Positions 1-9,567 of a DNA stretch of 64,000 nucleotides are shown one piece after another. Where the stretch lies: positions 21,187 to 85,186 of IMG/VR virus record IMGVR_UViG_3300020183_000040; one strand, given 5' to 3'. A program made the translations under genes and the position numbers. Every line of letters starts with the position of its first letter. Positions within the stretch are counted from its first letter, which is position 1. The stretch is from a virus. The notes beneath the pieces are model-generated. The model was not told the DNA's origin and searched no databases. It was given only the letters and a program-made list of their open reading frames with translations.

Positions 1-3000
1 TCTCAATTTGGGTATATTATTGGAGAAACGTTCAACGTCGGAGCTACAGGATTTATTGGAATATTGGATAGTGCTGTCGTTATAAAGAACAGCACAAATG
101 CTAATGACTTCTTATATGAATTCTCTGAAACTATTACTACGCTTGAGGGAGAACTAGCACAAGTAGAACAGATCAACCTGTCAGTTGGTCAAGAAATTCC
201 TATTGCTAGACTAAGATATACTACTGGCGTATCAACAACTGCTATTGAGGTAATTGCATATAATACTTCTACCCCAACTAGAGTTCCTGACAATGTATTT
301 GTAATTGGCAAATATTATCAATTTGATGCTGAGGTTTTCAAAGTAACTGCAATAGTACATGCTACAGAATATTCAACTATAACTGTACAAAGAGCTCAAC
401 TAGGAACTGCTGCGGCACAACACCAAGCAAATGCTTCCATATATGGAACAGAAATCAATGTAACGGATAAACTAACTCTATCCAAAACAGTTGGAACATA
501 TCAATCAAAACCAGGTCTATTTGATATTCAACTATATGATATTATTGTTGGAGTTCAGTCTGGTTCTGTTGGATTTGTAACAAGGTCATATGCATACACA
601 GACCCAACTACCAACTTACCAATCAATGAGGTAGTTATTTCAGAAGGATCCTCATTCTTTGGACTTCTATTCAACAGAATTACTTCCACAGAATATGCGA
701 ATGTTATTCTTGATAATATTGCAGATTCTCAAATTCAAGTAAATGATTTTGAAACTGCACTAGTATCAATCGATTCTACTTTCCCAGTAGGAGAATTTGT
801 AAACAATCATGTTGTTGTCTACAATACTGCAACTGGAACAATCCAGAACAATGAGTATATTAGAAATTATAAATTTGACTATGGTAATGATACTGGTGTG
901 TTTACTGTTGGAGAAACCGCTGAAATTCGTCAGCTTGCAATAAGAAATAGAGAAGGTGGGTATTTTACTGATGGTCAAATCATCAGAAGTGAAAATTCTA
1001 AAGCAGAAGTTCTTGGATTTGCTCCAGGTAGAAATATTGTCTATCTCGGTAAACAGGCAAGAAGTTCTTCAGCAGGAAAGGATTTCCATATCCCAACATT
1101 TTTTGGGAATGCCAAACTATCTACAGCACAGAAAAAATTCGGAGAATCATCTCTACTTCTAGATGGAAATGGAGATTATCTACAAATATCGCACCCAACA
1201 GAATTTGATCTAACAACTTATACATTTGAAGCGTGGATTTATTTACCAACCACTCCAACTACTGAGTATTCGATGATATTTGCCAATGTCGGACAAAACT
1301 CGTATTGGGGACTCCGTACTGTTGCTGGAGTTACACGTCTGACTTCATATGATGGCAGTACCATCAATGAACAAACAACTGGAACTGGTATTCCATTGAA
1401 TACTTGGACTCATGTTGCTTGGTCTAGGTCTGGTAGTACTATTAGAGCGTTTATGAATGGAGTAATCGTACACACTGGAACTAGCAACGCCACTCCAAAT
1501 GTGACTGGAATTACAATTGGTTATTCAGATAGTTATGCAAATCAATATTTCTTCAATGGATATATCGATGAAGTAAGAGTATCTAATACAAACATTTATG
1601 GACTTGCATTTACTCCTCCTTCTAATATTTTCCAAGGAGATAATAATACAAAACTACTACTTCATTTTGATGGTGCTAATAATGCAACAACCACTGATGA
1701 TTGGTCTGGTGCAGCTAACTGGGCAAATGGGCAAGAATTTGTAAATAGTGGAATTCTATTCCGTTTTTATGATGCAGCAAATCAAATAGAAGATAATATA
1801 AATTTGATTGCTGCCGAAGCAGTATATCGTACAGATGTACATTTCCCCAAACTTCATATTCCAACAACAGTTGCTATCACTTATGGTAGTCAGTTCTATG
1901 ATGTAATTCTTGCAAATCTAAACTTCATTGCTTGGGAAGCATATCAAAGAGTTTCTCCAACTCCTCCAACTGGAACAACAGCACAGGATTGTGTTGATGA
2001 TGTAAAAGATGTTCTTCGTAGTTTAGCTTATAACATCAAACATGGATTCAATTCCAAAGTTTGGGATGCAGCAAAATTGTATGTAAACTCTGGTGCTATT
2101 CAACATCTAACTGGTCAAGTTACAAACTCTGTCAATGTATTCAATCAAGCGAGAAATATTGCAAAACAAATCATCAATAACACTACAGTAACCAAGCAAG
2201 GTTCTCATACTTATACACAAACAACAAATACTTCAATTCCATATGTTATTGGTGGATATACTACTGTTGAGAGCTCTATTGATTCTCTATTCAAGATTGT
2301 TACCGATACACTTCAAAATCCAGCTGGTACAAATAACACTACATATCCATCTTCTGTTGCTGTTCTTCCGAGAACACACCCACCACATACTCAGTGTATT
2401 GCTGATGTCACCCTCACTATCACTGAAATTCTAAAAGATATTAGAAATGGTGGTAATGAATATACCTGGGACGCAGCTTCTCTCTATGTCAACACTGGGG
2501 GATCCACAGCAACACTCAATCATATTGTTGGTGAAGAAGCAGAGACTTCATATGCATATGACAGAGCAAGAGATATTTCTCTACTTGTAATGCGTGGACT
2601 TGAGGTTGGTATTACTGGAGATCATGGTTTTACACAATTCATTGATACAACCATTACGGATGATCCTGCAAATCCAGTTTGTGCTGATGTTGCCAGTACA
2701 ATCAATACTTTATTCGATATTGTAATTGATACAATTGATCTTGCATATACTTCTTCTGGAAATCATCTACTAACAGTACCTAGAACACAGGCAGCGTATG
2801 AATATGCATCTGGAATAGTAGATGCATATAGATCCGACAGTTTTACAATTCGTTCTGTAAATAACACAACTAAAGACTTTTGGACTAATGAAATTAGTCC
2901 AGATACTCAGAGTCGTTACATAGATGCTGCAGATCTCATTGAAATCAATACTGAGGCTATTATTGATGAAACTTCGGGGAGGATGCTCGCTAGATATCCC

Positions 3001-6000
3001 GTACTCCTCACTGAGATGCCCCGTAACCAGGATGGAAGCGGTGCAGGTACAAATAGATGTAAAACTGATTTGACAATCCTTCTAGGCGCTCTAGTGAAGG
3101 ACCTTAGATTTGGAGGTAATCGTTTTACTACTGAGGCAACAAAAAATTACTTAGGTGTAAATGATGAAATTAGGCATATTCGTTTACAACTTTGGGGATC
3201 TTTGTATGCACATGATCAACTTGGTGAAATGTCAAAACTTGCAATCACTGGAGATCTAGCAGCTGTTGCACAATACACAGACTCTGTAATTGTATCTGAT
3301 ATTGGCATCACTCAGGATGCTGGCGGATGTGCTAATGTCAAGACAACGATTGACAATCTGATTCAAAATATGAATGACATTCTTGCTCCTACACCAGATA
3401 GGAATAAGGATGCTGCAGATCTACTCGTTTTCAATAGGAATTACATCGCAGAAGAAGCAATTGGTCTGCTTGAAGATGAATTCTTCTATACTCTAAGTAA
3501 TGGACAAACATATCAGGCATATCAATATCCTGGTGGTAATGTTGATGGAAGAAACAAGTGTATTAGAGATGCAAAAAATATCATAGATGCAGTTGCTGCT
3601 GACCTACTAACAGGTGGAAATAATAGCATTCTTCTTGCTGTAGAAAAATATTTGACTGCTCAACTTGAAATTGATTACATTGAAGATCAACTTGGTGCAA
3701 CTCTATATTCGTGGACTAGAATTGCCTTCCTATGCAAGAAAGCAGTTGCTAACTTACTTCAGTCTGCTAATCAAATTGCACTGTCTACAAGTCATTATGT
3801 TGCTCAACATACGGATAAAGCTGCATATACAGATCCAACGATTACTCATGATATTTCTTCTCCTGGTGGAAATTACAGTTCTGCAGACTGTGTAAATATT
3901 CAAGCTGCAATTGATAACCTAATAAATGCAGCTATTGACACTCTTGCCCCTGGTGGAGATATTGCTATAAATGCATCAAGAATGATGCTTTTCAATAAAA
4001 ACTATTTTGATAAGGAAATTGGTGAAGAAGTTACTAGACAATGGGGACAAATCACAACTGCTCAAAAAACATTTATTGAAGAAGTTGCTGATAATATCAT
4101 TCATGATATTCTAATCACTAAAGAAAGTGTACTTGATAATCAGACTACAGCGCAATATTCAAATGTTCAGACTTACAGAACCCTTAGAAGTTTACTCACA
4201 CCTCTAAACACGACTAATAATCAATTGAATTTGATCCCTGCAGCTCAGGTCGAACAAATTTCTGGAGGAACATGGACAAGCACTGGAAATACTGTATCTC
4301 TAAATGCATCTTCTGGTCCAGATGGAACTCTTACCGCAGATAAATTGATTCCTGGTACAACTGGCACAGATGAACGTGCTGTAAGAAGAAACTTTGTTTT
4401 GACTGCGTATACAACCTATGATAGAGACAATGTAACGTTTGATAATGAATATGTCACTCTTGATCAGGGTGTTGACACTTCATATCAAACATATACTTGG
4501 TCTATATTCTTCAAAGAAGCTGGTTACTCTAATGCAAGAATTAGAGTTCAATGGGATGCAACTCACTTTGCATTTTTCAATATAAATCTAACAAATGGAG
4601 CACCAAGTGATGTATTTGGAACTGGAATAACAGGACTGTCTACAGGAGTTATTCCACATGGAAATGGATGGTACAGGGCATTTATTACCTTTGATGTTCC
4701 ATTTGGTGTTTCATCAGTAGATCTATTTGCATATGGAACGGTGAATGCTTCAGTTACTGCTCCTGGTAATGGAACTAGCGGTGTTCTAATTTGGGGTGCT
4801 AAATTTGCTAAGAGTGGAATTGATATTTACACATCACAAGGAGGAACTCCTTTCTACCCAGATAATGATTATAATGTGAGAAATTATATTCTGGATAGAC
4901 TTGAATTCTTTATGACTAGAGCGATTTCGGGAACACTAATAACTCCATCTCCTCTAGCTACGTTCCCATCTTATACAAATACATCTATTCAATCTGGATA
5001 TACAATTGCGGATATCAATAAATTTATTGAGATACTAATCAATCAATACCAAGAACAACTCACAAACCCATCTTATTATCTTGTTATTGGTATTCAAAAT
5101 GGACTAGTACTTCTACCAAAAACTTATGGGACCAGAATAATCCCAGTTCCTTTGGGCGGAAAAATTGAACAATCTTCGTTTATCTATGGTGTTCTGTCTG
5201 ATAGAAGTGCAGAAATTGCAGGATATATTTTGAATGAAGCACAAGTTGCAAAAACTTATGTGAGGATGAGAATAAACGATATTGAGGATGGTCCATTTGT
5301 TGTCAACGACGACGTGGTTGCCGCTGGGAATCCAGGTATAACAGGAAAAATTTATGGATTCTACTCTGATGAAAACTTCAATTATCTTGATGTAGAAGTA
5401 ACTGCTGGAACATTCAATATCAACTCTCGTATTGAAAGTGATGAGGGTGCTGAAGCTACAATTGTTGCTATTGAACCTCGCCTTCACGTCATTGGACTTC
5501 AAGGTGATTTTGCTGATGGAGTTCCATTCAAAGCATATACAAGTAACGTTACTGCAAATGTTGTAGATTTTATTAGATGTGAAGGAGCAGTTTTGAGTAA
5601 TACTGGTGGAAAACTAACTGTAGATACAGATTCTTTGACTGGTTCTTTTGAAACCAAGAGCGTTGTATTCCCACAAACATCAAGAATTTACCTAGATCTT
5701 ATTCAATATAAAGGTCTTGTATTGAATGTCGGTGATATCATTGTTGCTGATGGTTATGTAAGATTCCAAGTTGCAGTAAACAATAATTTGTCAACTTTCC
5801 AAAGAGGTGGAACCTTATACGGAATTGTCAATGGCACTAAGGACACAAGTAGGAGAGCCATTATAGTAGATCTTGATCTCAACAATAATTACATATATGC
5901 TAAAACATATCTTGGACAATTTGCTAATGGTCAATCATTTGCTTATTACGGAGAGGTTGAGGGAGATCTTCCAGTTGGTTTTGCAACTATTGTAACCAAT

Positions 6001-7332
6001 GTACCTGTTGCTGGTAATGCATCTGGTAGGATAGTAGATATCAAGCAAGTAGGAACTAAAACAAGAGTGTTCTTGTCTGATGTAAGAGGAACCTGGACTA
6101 TTAGAGAGACCGTGGCTGGTAGGGCAGGATATGGTGCTGCAGTTTTTGATACTAAGACTATCAAAGGAAGAATCAAGCGTGCATTCCGTGGATTTGATGG
6201 CGTGCAAACGGAGTTCAACCTCACAACTGCCAATGGAACTCCATACTTCCCAGATCCAGATGGGCATATGTTGATCTTTATCAACGGTATTCTACAACCT
6301 CCAGGTGCAGGCAACGCTTATAGTGCATTCTCAAATGTACTTTCGTTTAGTGAACCACCTGAAGTTGGAGATGCATTTGTTGGATTCTATCTAGGAAAAC
6401 TACGCCAATTGGATGACATTTCCTTTGAATTTGATTCTCTACGTCAATCATTCAACCTGAGACGTTCTGGAATCTTCTATTCTCTAACTCTTACCGATGG
6501 TGTACAATCTTCCGTGATTAGACCAGAAAATAATATCATTGTTTCTCTAAATGGTGTTATTCAAGAACCTGGCATTGGATTTACTCTTGTTGGTTCTCGT
6601 ATTATCTTTGGTGAAATTCCTAGAGTAGGATCTACATTCGTTGCATTCTCTTATGTTGGTTCTGAAGGTGACGTTGACTCGGAAACTGTTGTTCCACCAA
6701 TTGAACCTGGTGATCTTCTAGATATTGAAGGTGAAACTATAGATCGTGAAGTTGCAGTTATTGAATCTTCTAATTCTTTGATTACAATTGATTATCTTGG
6801 ATCTGTGTTTGGTAAAGGCGCTAGTGCAACGGGAGTAATCACTAAAGGAAGAATCAAAGAATCCAGAGTTACATCTGGAGGATCTGGTTATACGTCTAGA
6901 CCACTTGTTAGAATTGACTCTGTTACTGGTTTTGATGCCAATATCAAAGCACTAGTTGGAGTAGAAAGAATTGAAATGATAACCTATGGAAGTGGATATA
7001 AATCTCCAGTGGTTCTTGTAGAATCGACAGTTCCCGATGATTGGACTTCACCAAATATTGCTCTATATGGAGCTGATGGAGTTGCAACAATTCAAGTAAT
7101 ACCTACTACACCTACAGAACCACCTCCAAGTGCAGGCGTTCCTGACAACACTATAAGTACTAGTGGTGGATTTACTGCTGGTGGTGGCGTGGTTGGACAA
7201 ACTACAGGTGGAACTGATACAGAGGGTGGCATATTTGATGGAGAGTTGGACTTCATATGGACTCGTCCAGCAAACTCATATACAACACCTAATTTCAATG
7301 TTGCAAATATATTTGCCAGCAGCACCAGCTAA
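1..7332 (+). CDS. Giant virion structural protein, probably gp7-like baseplate wedge initiator (5'-truncated), with a LamG/ConA-like domain and Cys-containing helical repeats
   Basis: Frame is open from base 1, so the gene starts upstream of the window. LamG motifs (FEAWIY, WTHVAWSR, NGYIDEVRVS) lie at ~1100-1680. Position upstream of gp8 matches cyanomyovirus synteny. Confidence 0.7.
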   Translation, partial: SQFGYIIGETFNVGATGFIGILDSAVVIKNSTNANDFLYEFSETITTLEGELAQVEQINLSVGQEIPIARLRYTTGVSTTAIEVIAYNTSTPTRVPDNVFVIGKYYQFDAEVFKVTAIVHATEYSTITVQRAQLGTAAAQHQANASIYGTEINVTDKLTLSKTVGTYQSKPGLFDIQLYDIIVGVQSGSVGFVTRSYAYTDPTTNLPINEVVISEGSSFFGLLFNRITSTEYANVILDNIADSQIQVNDFETALVSIDSTFPVGEFVNNHVVVYNTATGTIQNNEYIRNYKFDYGNDTGVFTVGETAEIRQLAIRNREGGYFTDGQIIRSENSKAEVLGFAPGRNIVYLGKQARSSSAGKDFHIPTFFGNAKLSTAQKKFGESSLLLDGNGDYLQISHPTEFDLTTYTFEAWIYLPTTPTTEYSMIFANVGQNSYWGLRTVAGVTRLTSYDGSTINEQTTGTGIPLNTWTHVAWSRSGSTIRAFMNGVIVHTGTSNATPNVTGITIGYSDSYANQYFFNGYIDEVRVSNTNIYGLAFTPPSNIFQGDNNTKLLLHFDGANNATTTDDWSGAANWANGQEFVNSGILFRFYDAANQIEDNINLIAAEAVYRTDVHFPKLHIPTTVAITYGSQFYDVILANLNFIAWEAYQRVSPTPPTGTTAQDCVDDVKDVLRSLAYNIKHGFNSKVWDAAKLYVNSGAIQHLTGQVTNSVNVFNQARNIAKQIINNTTVTKQGSHTYTQTTNTSIPYVIGGYTTVESSIDSLFKIVTDTLQNPAGTNNTTYPSSVAVLPRTHPPHTQCIADVTLTITEILKDIRNGGNEYTWDAASLYVNTGGSTATLNHIVGEEAETSYAYDRARDISLLVMRGLEVGITGDHGFTQFIDTTITDDPANPVCADVASTINTLFDIVIDTIDLAYTSSGNHLLTVPRTQAAYEYASGIVDAYRSDSFTIRSVNNTTKDFWTNEISPDTQSRYIDAADLIEINTEAIIDETSGRMLARYPVLLTEMPRNQDGSGAGTNRCKTDLTILLGALVKDLRFGGNRFTTEATKNYLGVNDEIRHIRLQLWGSLYAHDQLGEMSKLAITGDLAAVAQYTDSVIVSDIGITQDAGGCANVKTTIDNLIQNMNDILAPTPDRNKDAADLLVFNRNYIAEEAIGLLEDEFFYTLSNGQTYQAYQYPGGNVDGRNKCIRDAKNIIDAVAADLLTGGNNSILLAVEKYLTAQLEIDYIEDQLGATLYSWTRIAFLCKKAVANLLQSANQIALSTSHYVAQHTDKAAYTDPTITHDISSPGGNYSSADCVNIQAAIDNLINAAIDTLAPGGDIAINASRMMLFNKNYFDKEIGEEVTRQWGQITTAQKTFIEEVADNIIHDILITKESVLDNQTTAQYSNVQTYRTLRSLLTPLNTTNNQLNLIPAAQVEQISGGTWTSTGNTVSLNASSGPDGTLTADKLIPGTTGTDERAVRRNFVLTAYTTYDRDNVTFDNEYVTLDQGVDTSYQTYTWSIFFKEAGYSNARIRVQWDATHFAFFNINLTNGAPSDVFGTGITGLSTGVIPHGNGWYRAFITFDVPFGVSSVDLFAYGTVNASVTAPGNGTSGVLIWGAKFAKSGIDIYTSQGGTPFYPDNDYNVRNYILDRLEFFMTRAISGTLITPSPLATFPSYTNTSIQSGYTIADINKFIEILINQYQEQLTNPSYYLVIGIQNGLVLLPKTYGTRIIPVPLGGKIEQSSFIYGVLSDRSAEIAGYILNEAQVAKTYVRMRINDIEDGPFVVNDDVVAAGNPGITGKIYGFYSDENFNYLDVEVTAGTFNINSRIESDEGAEATIVAIEPRLHVIGLQGDFADGVPFKAYTSNVTANVVDFIRCEGAVLSNTGGKLTVDTDSLTGSFETKSVVFPQTSRIYLDLIQYKGLVLNVGDIIVADGYVRFQVAVNNNLSTFQRGGTLYGIVNGTKDTSRRAIIVDLDLNNNYIYAKTYLGQFANGQSFAYYGEVEGDLPVGFATIVTNVPVAGNASGRIVDIKQVGTKTRVFLSDVRGTWTIRETVAGRAGYGAAVFDTKTIKGRIKRAFRGFDGVQTEFNLTTANGTPYFPDPDGHMLIFINGILQPPGAGNAYSAFSNVLSFSEPPEVGDAFVGFYLGKLRQLDDISFEFDSLRQSFNLRRSGIFYSLTLTDGVQSSVIRPENNIIVSLNGVIQEPGIGFTLVGSRIIFGEIPRVGSTFVAFSYVGSEGDVDSETVVPPIEPGDLLDIEGETIDREVAVIESSNSLITIDYLGSVFGKGASATGVITKGRIKESRVTSGGSGYTSRPLVRIDSVTGFDANIKALVGVERIEMITYGSGYKSPVVLVESTVPDDWTSPNIALYGADGVATIQVIPTTPTEPPPSAGVPDNTISTSGGFTAGGGVVGQTTGGTDTEGGIFDGELDFIWTRPANSYTTPNFNVANIFASSTS

Positions 7333-7355
7333 ATAATCAGGGAAATTCGATACAA

Positions 7356-8309
7356 ATGGCAATATCAACTACTACTGCACAAATATCACAGGGTGATCTG
7401 GTAATCAATACAAATGGTTTACCAGATCCAGCTTTATCTGGAAATCCTCTTGGATCTAGAAGATTTCCAGGAAATCCACCAATTGTAATTGAAGGATATG
7501 ACCTAGAGTACAGATTTACATATCGTGCAGGGCAATCTCAAGATCTTCCAAGCCCACAAGCACTAACGTTAGAGGTTCTTGGTATTGCACTAAATGGAGT
7601 AGCTATAGCTGGTCCTGCATCTCCTCCTGGACCATTACCAGGAACTACAACTAATCCTCCAACTGGATTCACATATAATAGAGTTTTCAACGAAGATCGA
7701 TTTGGAGTAGATATTTGTGGTGGTTATTGCTGCCATTTGACTCTGGAAGATGATGATACTGAATTTGAACAATATCGATATCATTCTGGATCATTTTTAG
7801 TGAACTGTTGGGGATCTAAAGTTATTGCATCAAATACATATTTCCAATCATCAAATTACCAAGGAGATTATTTTCGCCATCCAGATGGGCATTCAAAAAT
7901 TGTAGGATATTGTTTTGATGGATATCCGATATATGGACCATTTGGTTATAGAACTCCTAGTGATCCTCGAAGTGAACCTATCAAAATGCGAAGCTCTTAT
8001 AGACCATTCCCATCACCTAGGATAGGAAGAGAATCTAATTATAGTCAAATTCCTCCAGGCACGTACATTCAAGATTTTGAATATGTAGAAAATCTTGGAA
8101 CTCTAGATCAATATAATGGGAGATATACAAAAACTCCAGACTATCCAACTGGTACATATGCTTACTTCTTAGCATTAGATAAACAAAACAGACCAGTTTA
8201 TCCATATATTTTTGGTAAGGAAACTCGCAAAACCAGAGATTGTAGTTGTGTTGGTACAGATGATCATGACCATGAGCATGATGATCATGACCATGAGCAT
8301 GATGACTAA
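7356..8309 (+). CDS. YHYH-domain virion-associated protein with a His/Asp-rich C-terminal tail
   Basis: GIALNGV, YRYH, GHSKIVGY..DGYPIYGPFGY and LDQYNGRY..TPDYPTGTYAYF motifs; ends in DDHDHEHDDHDHEHDD. Confidence 0.75.
   Translation: MAISTTTAQISQGDLVINTNGLPDPALSGNPLGSRRFPGNPPIVIEGYDLEYRFTYRAGQSQDLPSPQALTLEVLGIALNGVAIAGPASPPGPLPGTTTNPPTGFTYNRVFNEDRFGVDICGGYCCHLTLEDDDTEFEQYRYHSGSFLVNCWGSKVIASNTYFQSSNYQGDYFRHPDGHSKIVGYCFDGYPIYGPFGYRTPSDPRSEPIKMRSSYRPFPSPRIGRESNYSQIPPGTYIQDFEYVENLGTLDQYNGRYTKTPDYPTGTYAYFLALDKQNRPVYPYIFGKETRKTRDCSCVGTDDHDHEHDDHDHEHDD
8259..8306 (+). repeat. 21-nt tandem repeat (gatgatcatgaccatgagcat x2 plus partial) encoding DDHDHEH
   Basis: Two exact copies at 8259-8279 and 8280-8300. 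Confidence 0.9.
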
Positions 8310-8312
8310 ACT

Positions 8313-8320
8313 TATAAATA
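8313..8320 (+). promoter_or_regulatory. T4-type late promoter TATAAATA
   Basis: Exact consensus, 17 nt before the ATG at 8338. Confidence 0.8.
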
Positions 8321-8337
8321 ACTAAAAAACAAAGATA

Positions 8338-9558
8338 ATGGCCAAGCAATCCCTGAATACTGGTTCTGTGCCTAATGATGGTACAGGCGACTCCCTGAGA
8401 GCAGGGGCAACTAAGATCAATTCCAATTTCACTGAGATATATGGTGCAATTGGCAATGGGAATAGCTTGACACTAAATGCTACTAATGCACAAATTGGTC
8501 AAGTGTTGAGGTGGAACGGCAGTTCATTTATTTCTCAGGATTATGGATCACTTACATCAACTCTAGATGTAAATAATTACAGCATCATCTCAAGTAGTAA
8601 TGGTCATATTGTTCTAGACCCAAATGGCACTGGTGATGTGCAGATGGTCTATGGGGGACAGACAACTACGTTTGATGGTTCTACTGGTCAGGCACAAGTT
8701 AGTGGGACAATTTCATACAAAAATGAATATCCTTTGATTACAAATGCTCCAACTAATTCGACACACAAAGGTTATTTTTTCACAGTAAATGGTGACAATA
8801 ACCCAAAAGTCAATATGGGAATCAGTGGAGTTGGAGACGTAACCGCTAATCTCCTAACCAATTATAGTAGTATCAATCTACTTTCAGATGTAGATACTAC
8901 AACTACAGCTCCTACTACAGGGCAAGTTCTAAAATGGAATGGAACTAACTGGACTCCTCAAGCAGACGCTGCAGGAGCTTCTACACAAAATCTTTTCCAA
9001 ACAATAGTTGCTGATACAGGATCTACCACTGCAAATACTCCAACAGATTCTTTGACAATTACTGGTGGAACAAATTGCACCTCTGTCATCACAGGAGATA
9101 CTGTTACTATCAATGTTGATGGTCAGTTTCAATTTGCATCACTGACTGATGTAAACTTTACTAATCTCTCAAGAGGACAAAGTATCACATATGATACAAC
9201 TGGAGGAGGAGCAACTGCTGCTTGGATCAATCAACCATCTCCAACACTATGGTACATTTTCTCAGTTGGATTGAATAATAACTCATATCTAGTTGAGGGT
9301 CCTGGGCAATCACAAACAGATGACCCCGAGCTTCATTTGTATAGAGGATTTACATACGTCTTCGTAAATAATGCTGGAAATAATCACCCACTAAGGATTC
9401 AAGCTTCAACTGGACTATCTGCCTCTGCATATACCATTGGTGTTTCTGGTTCTCAAACGGGAAGGCAATATTTCACTGTTCCGCATAGTGCTCCAAATAC
9501 CCTTTATTATCAATGTACAGTTCACCTAAACATGGGTGGAATTTTATACATCAAGTAA
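8338..9558 (+). CDS. Baseplate/structural protein with a gp9/gp10-like N-terminus and a C-terminal cupredoxin-like domain
   Basis: N-terminal NDGTGDSLRAGATKINSNFTEIY motif of T4 gp9/gp10-type proteins; C-terminal HP...LYYQCTVHLNMG. Confidence 0.7.
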   Translation: MAKQSLNTGSVPNDGTGDSLRAGATKINSNFTEIYGAIGNGNSLTLNATNAQIGQVLRWNGSSFISQDYGSLTSTLDVNNYSIISSSNGHIVLDPNGTGDVQMVYGGQTTTFDGSTGQAQVSGTISYKNEYPLITNAPTNSTHKGYFFTVNGDNNPKVNMGISGVGDVTANLLTNYSSINLLSDVDTTTTAPTTGQVLKWNGTNWTPQADAAGASTQNLFQTIVADTGSTTANTPTDSLTITGGTNCTSVITGDTVTINVDGQFQFASLTDVNFTNLSRGQSITYDTTGGGATAAWINQPSPTLWYIFSVGLNNNSYLVEGPGQSQTDDPELHLYRGFTYVFVNNAGNNHPLRIQASTGLSASAYTIGVSGSQTGRQYFTVPHSAPNTLYYQCTVHLNMGGILYIK

Positions 9559-9567
9559 TAATATAAT

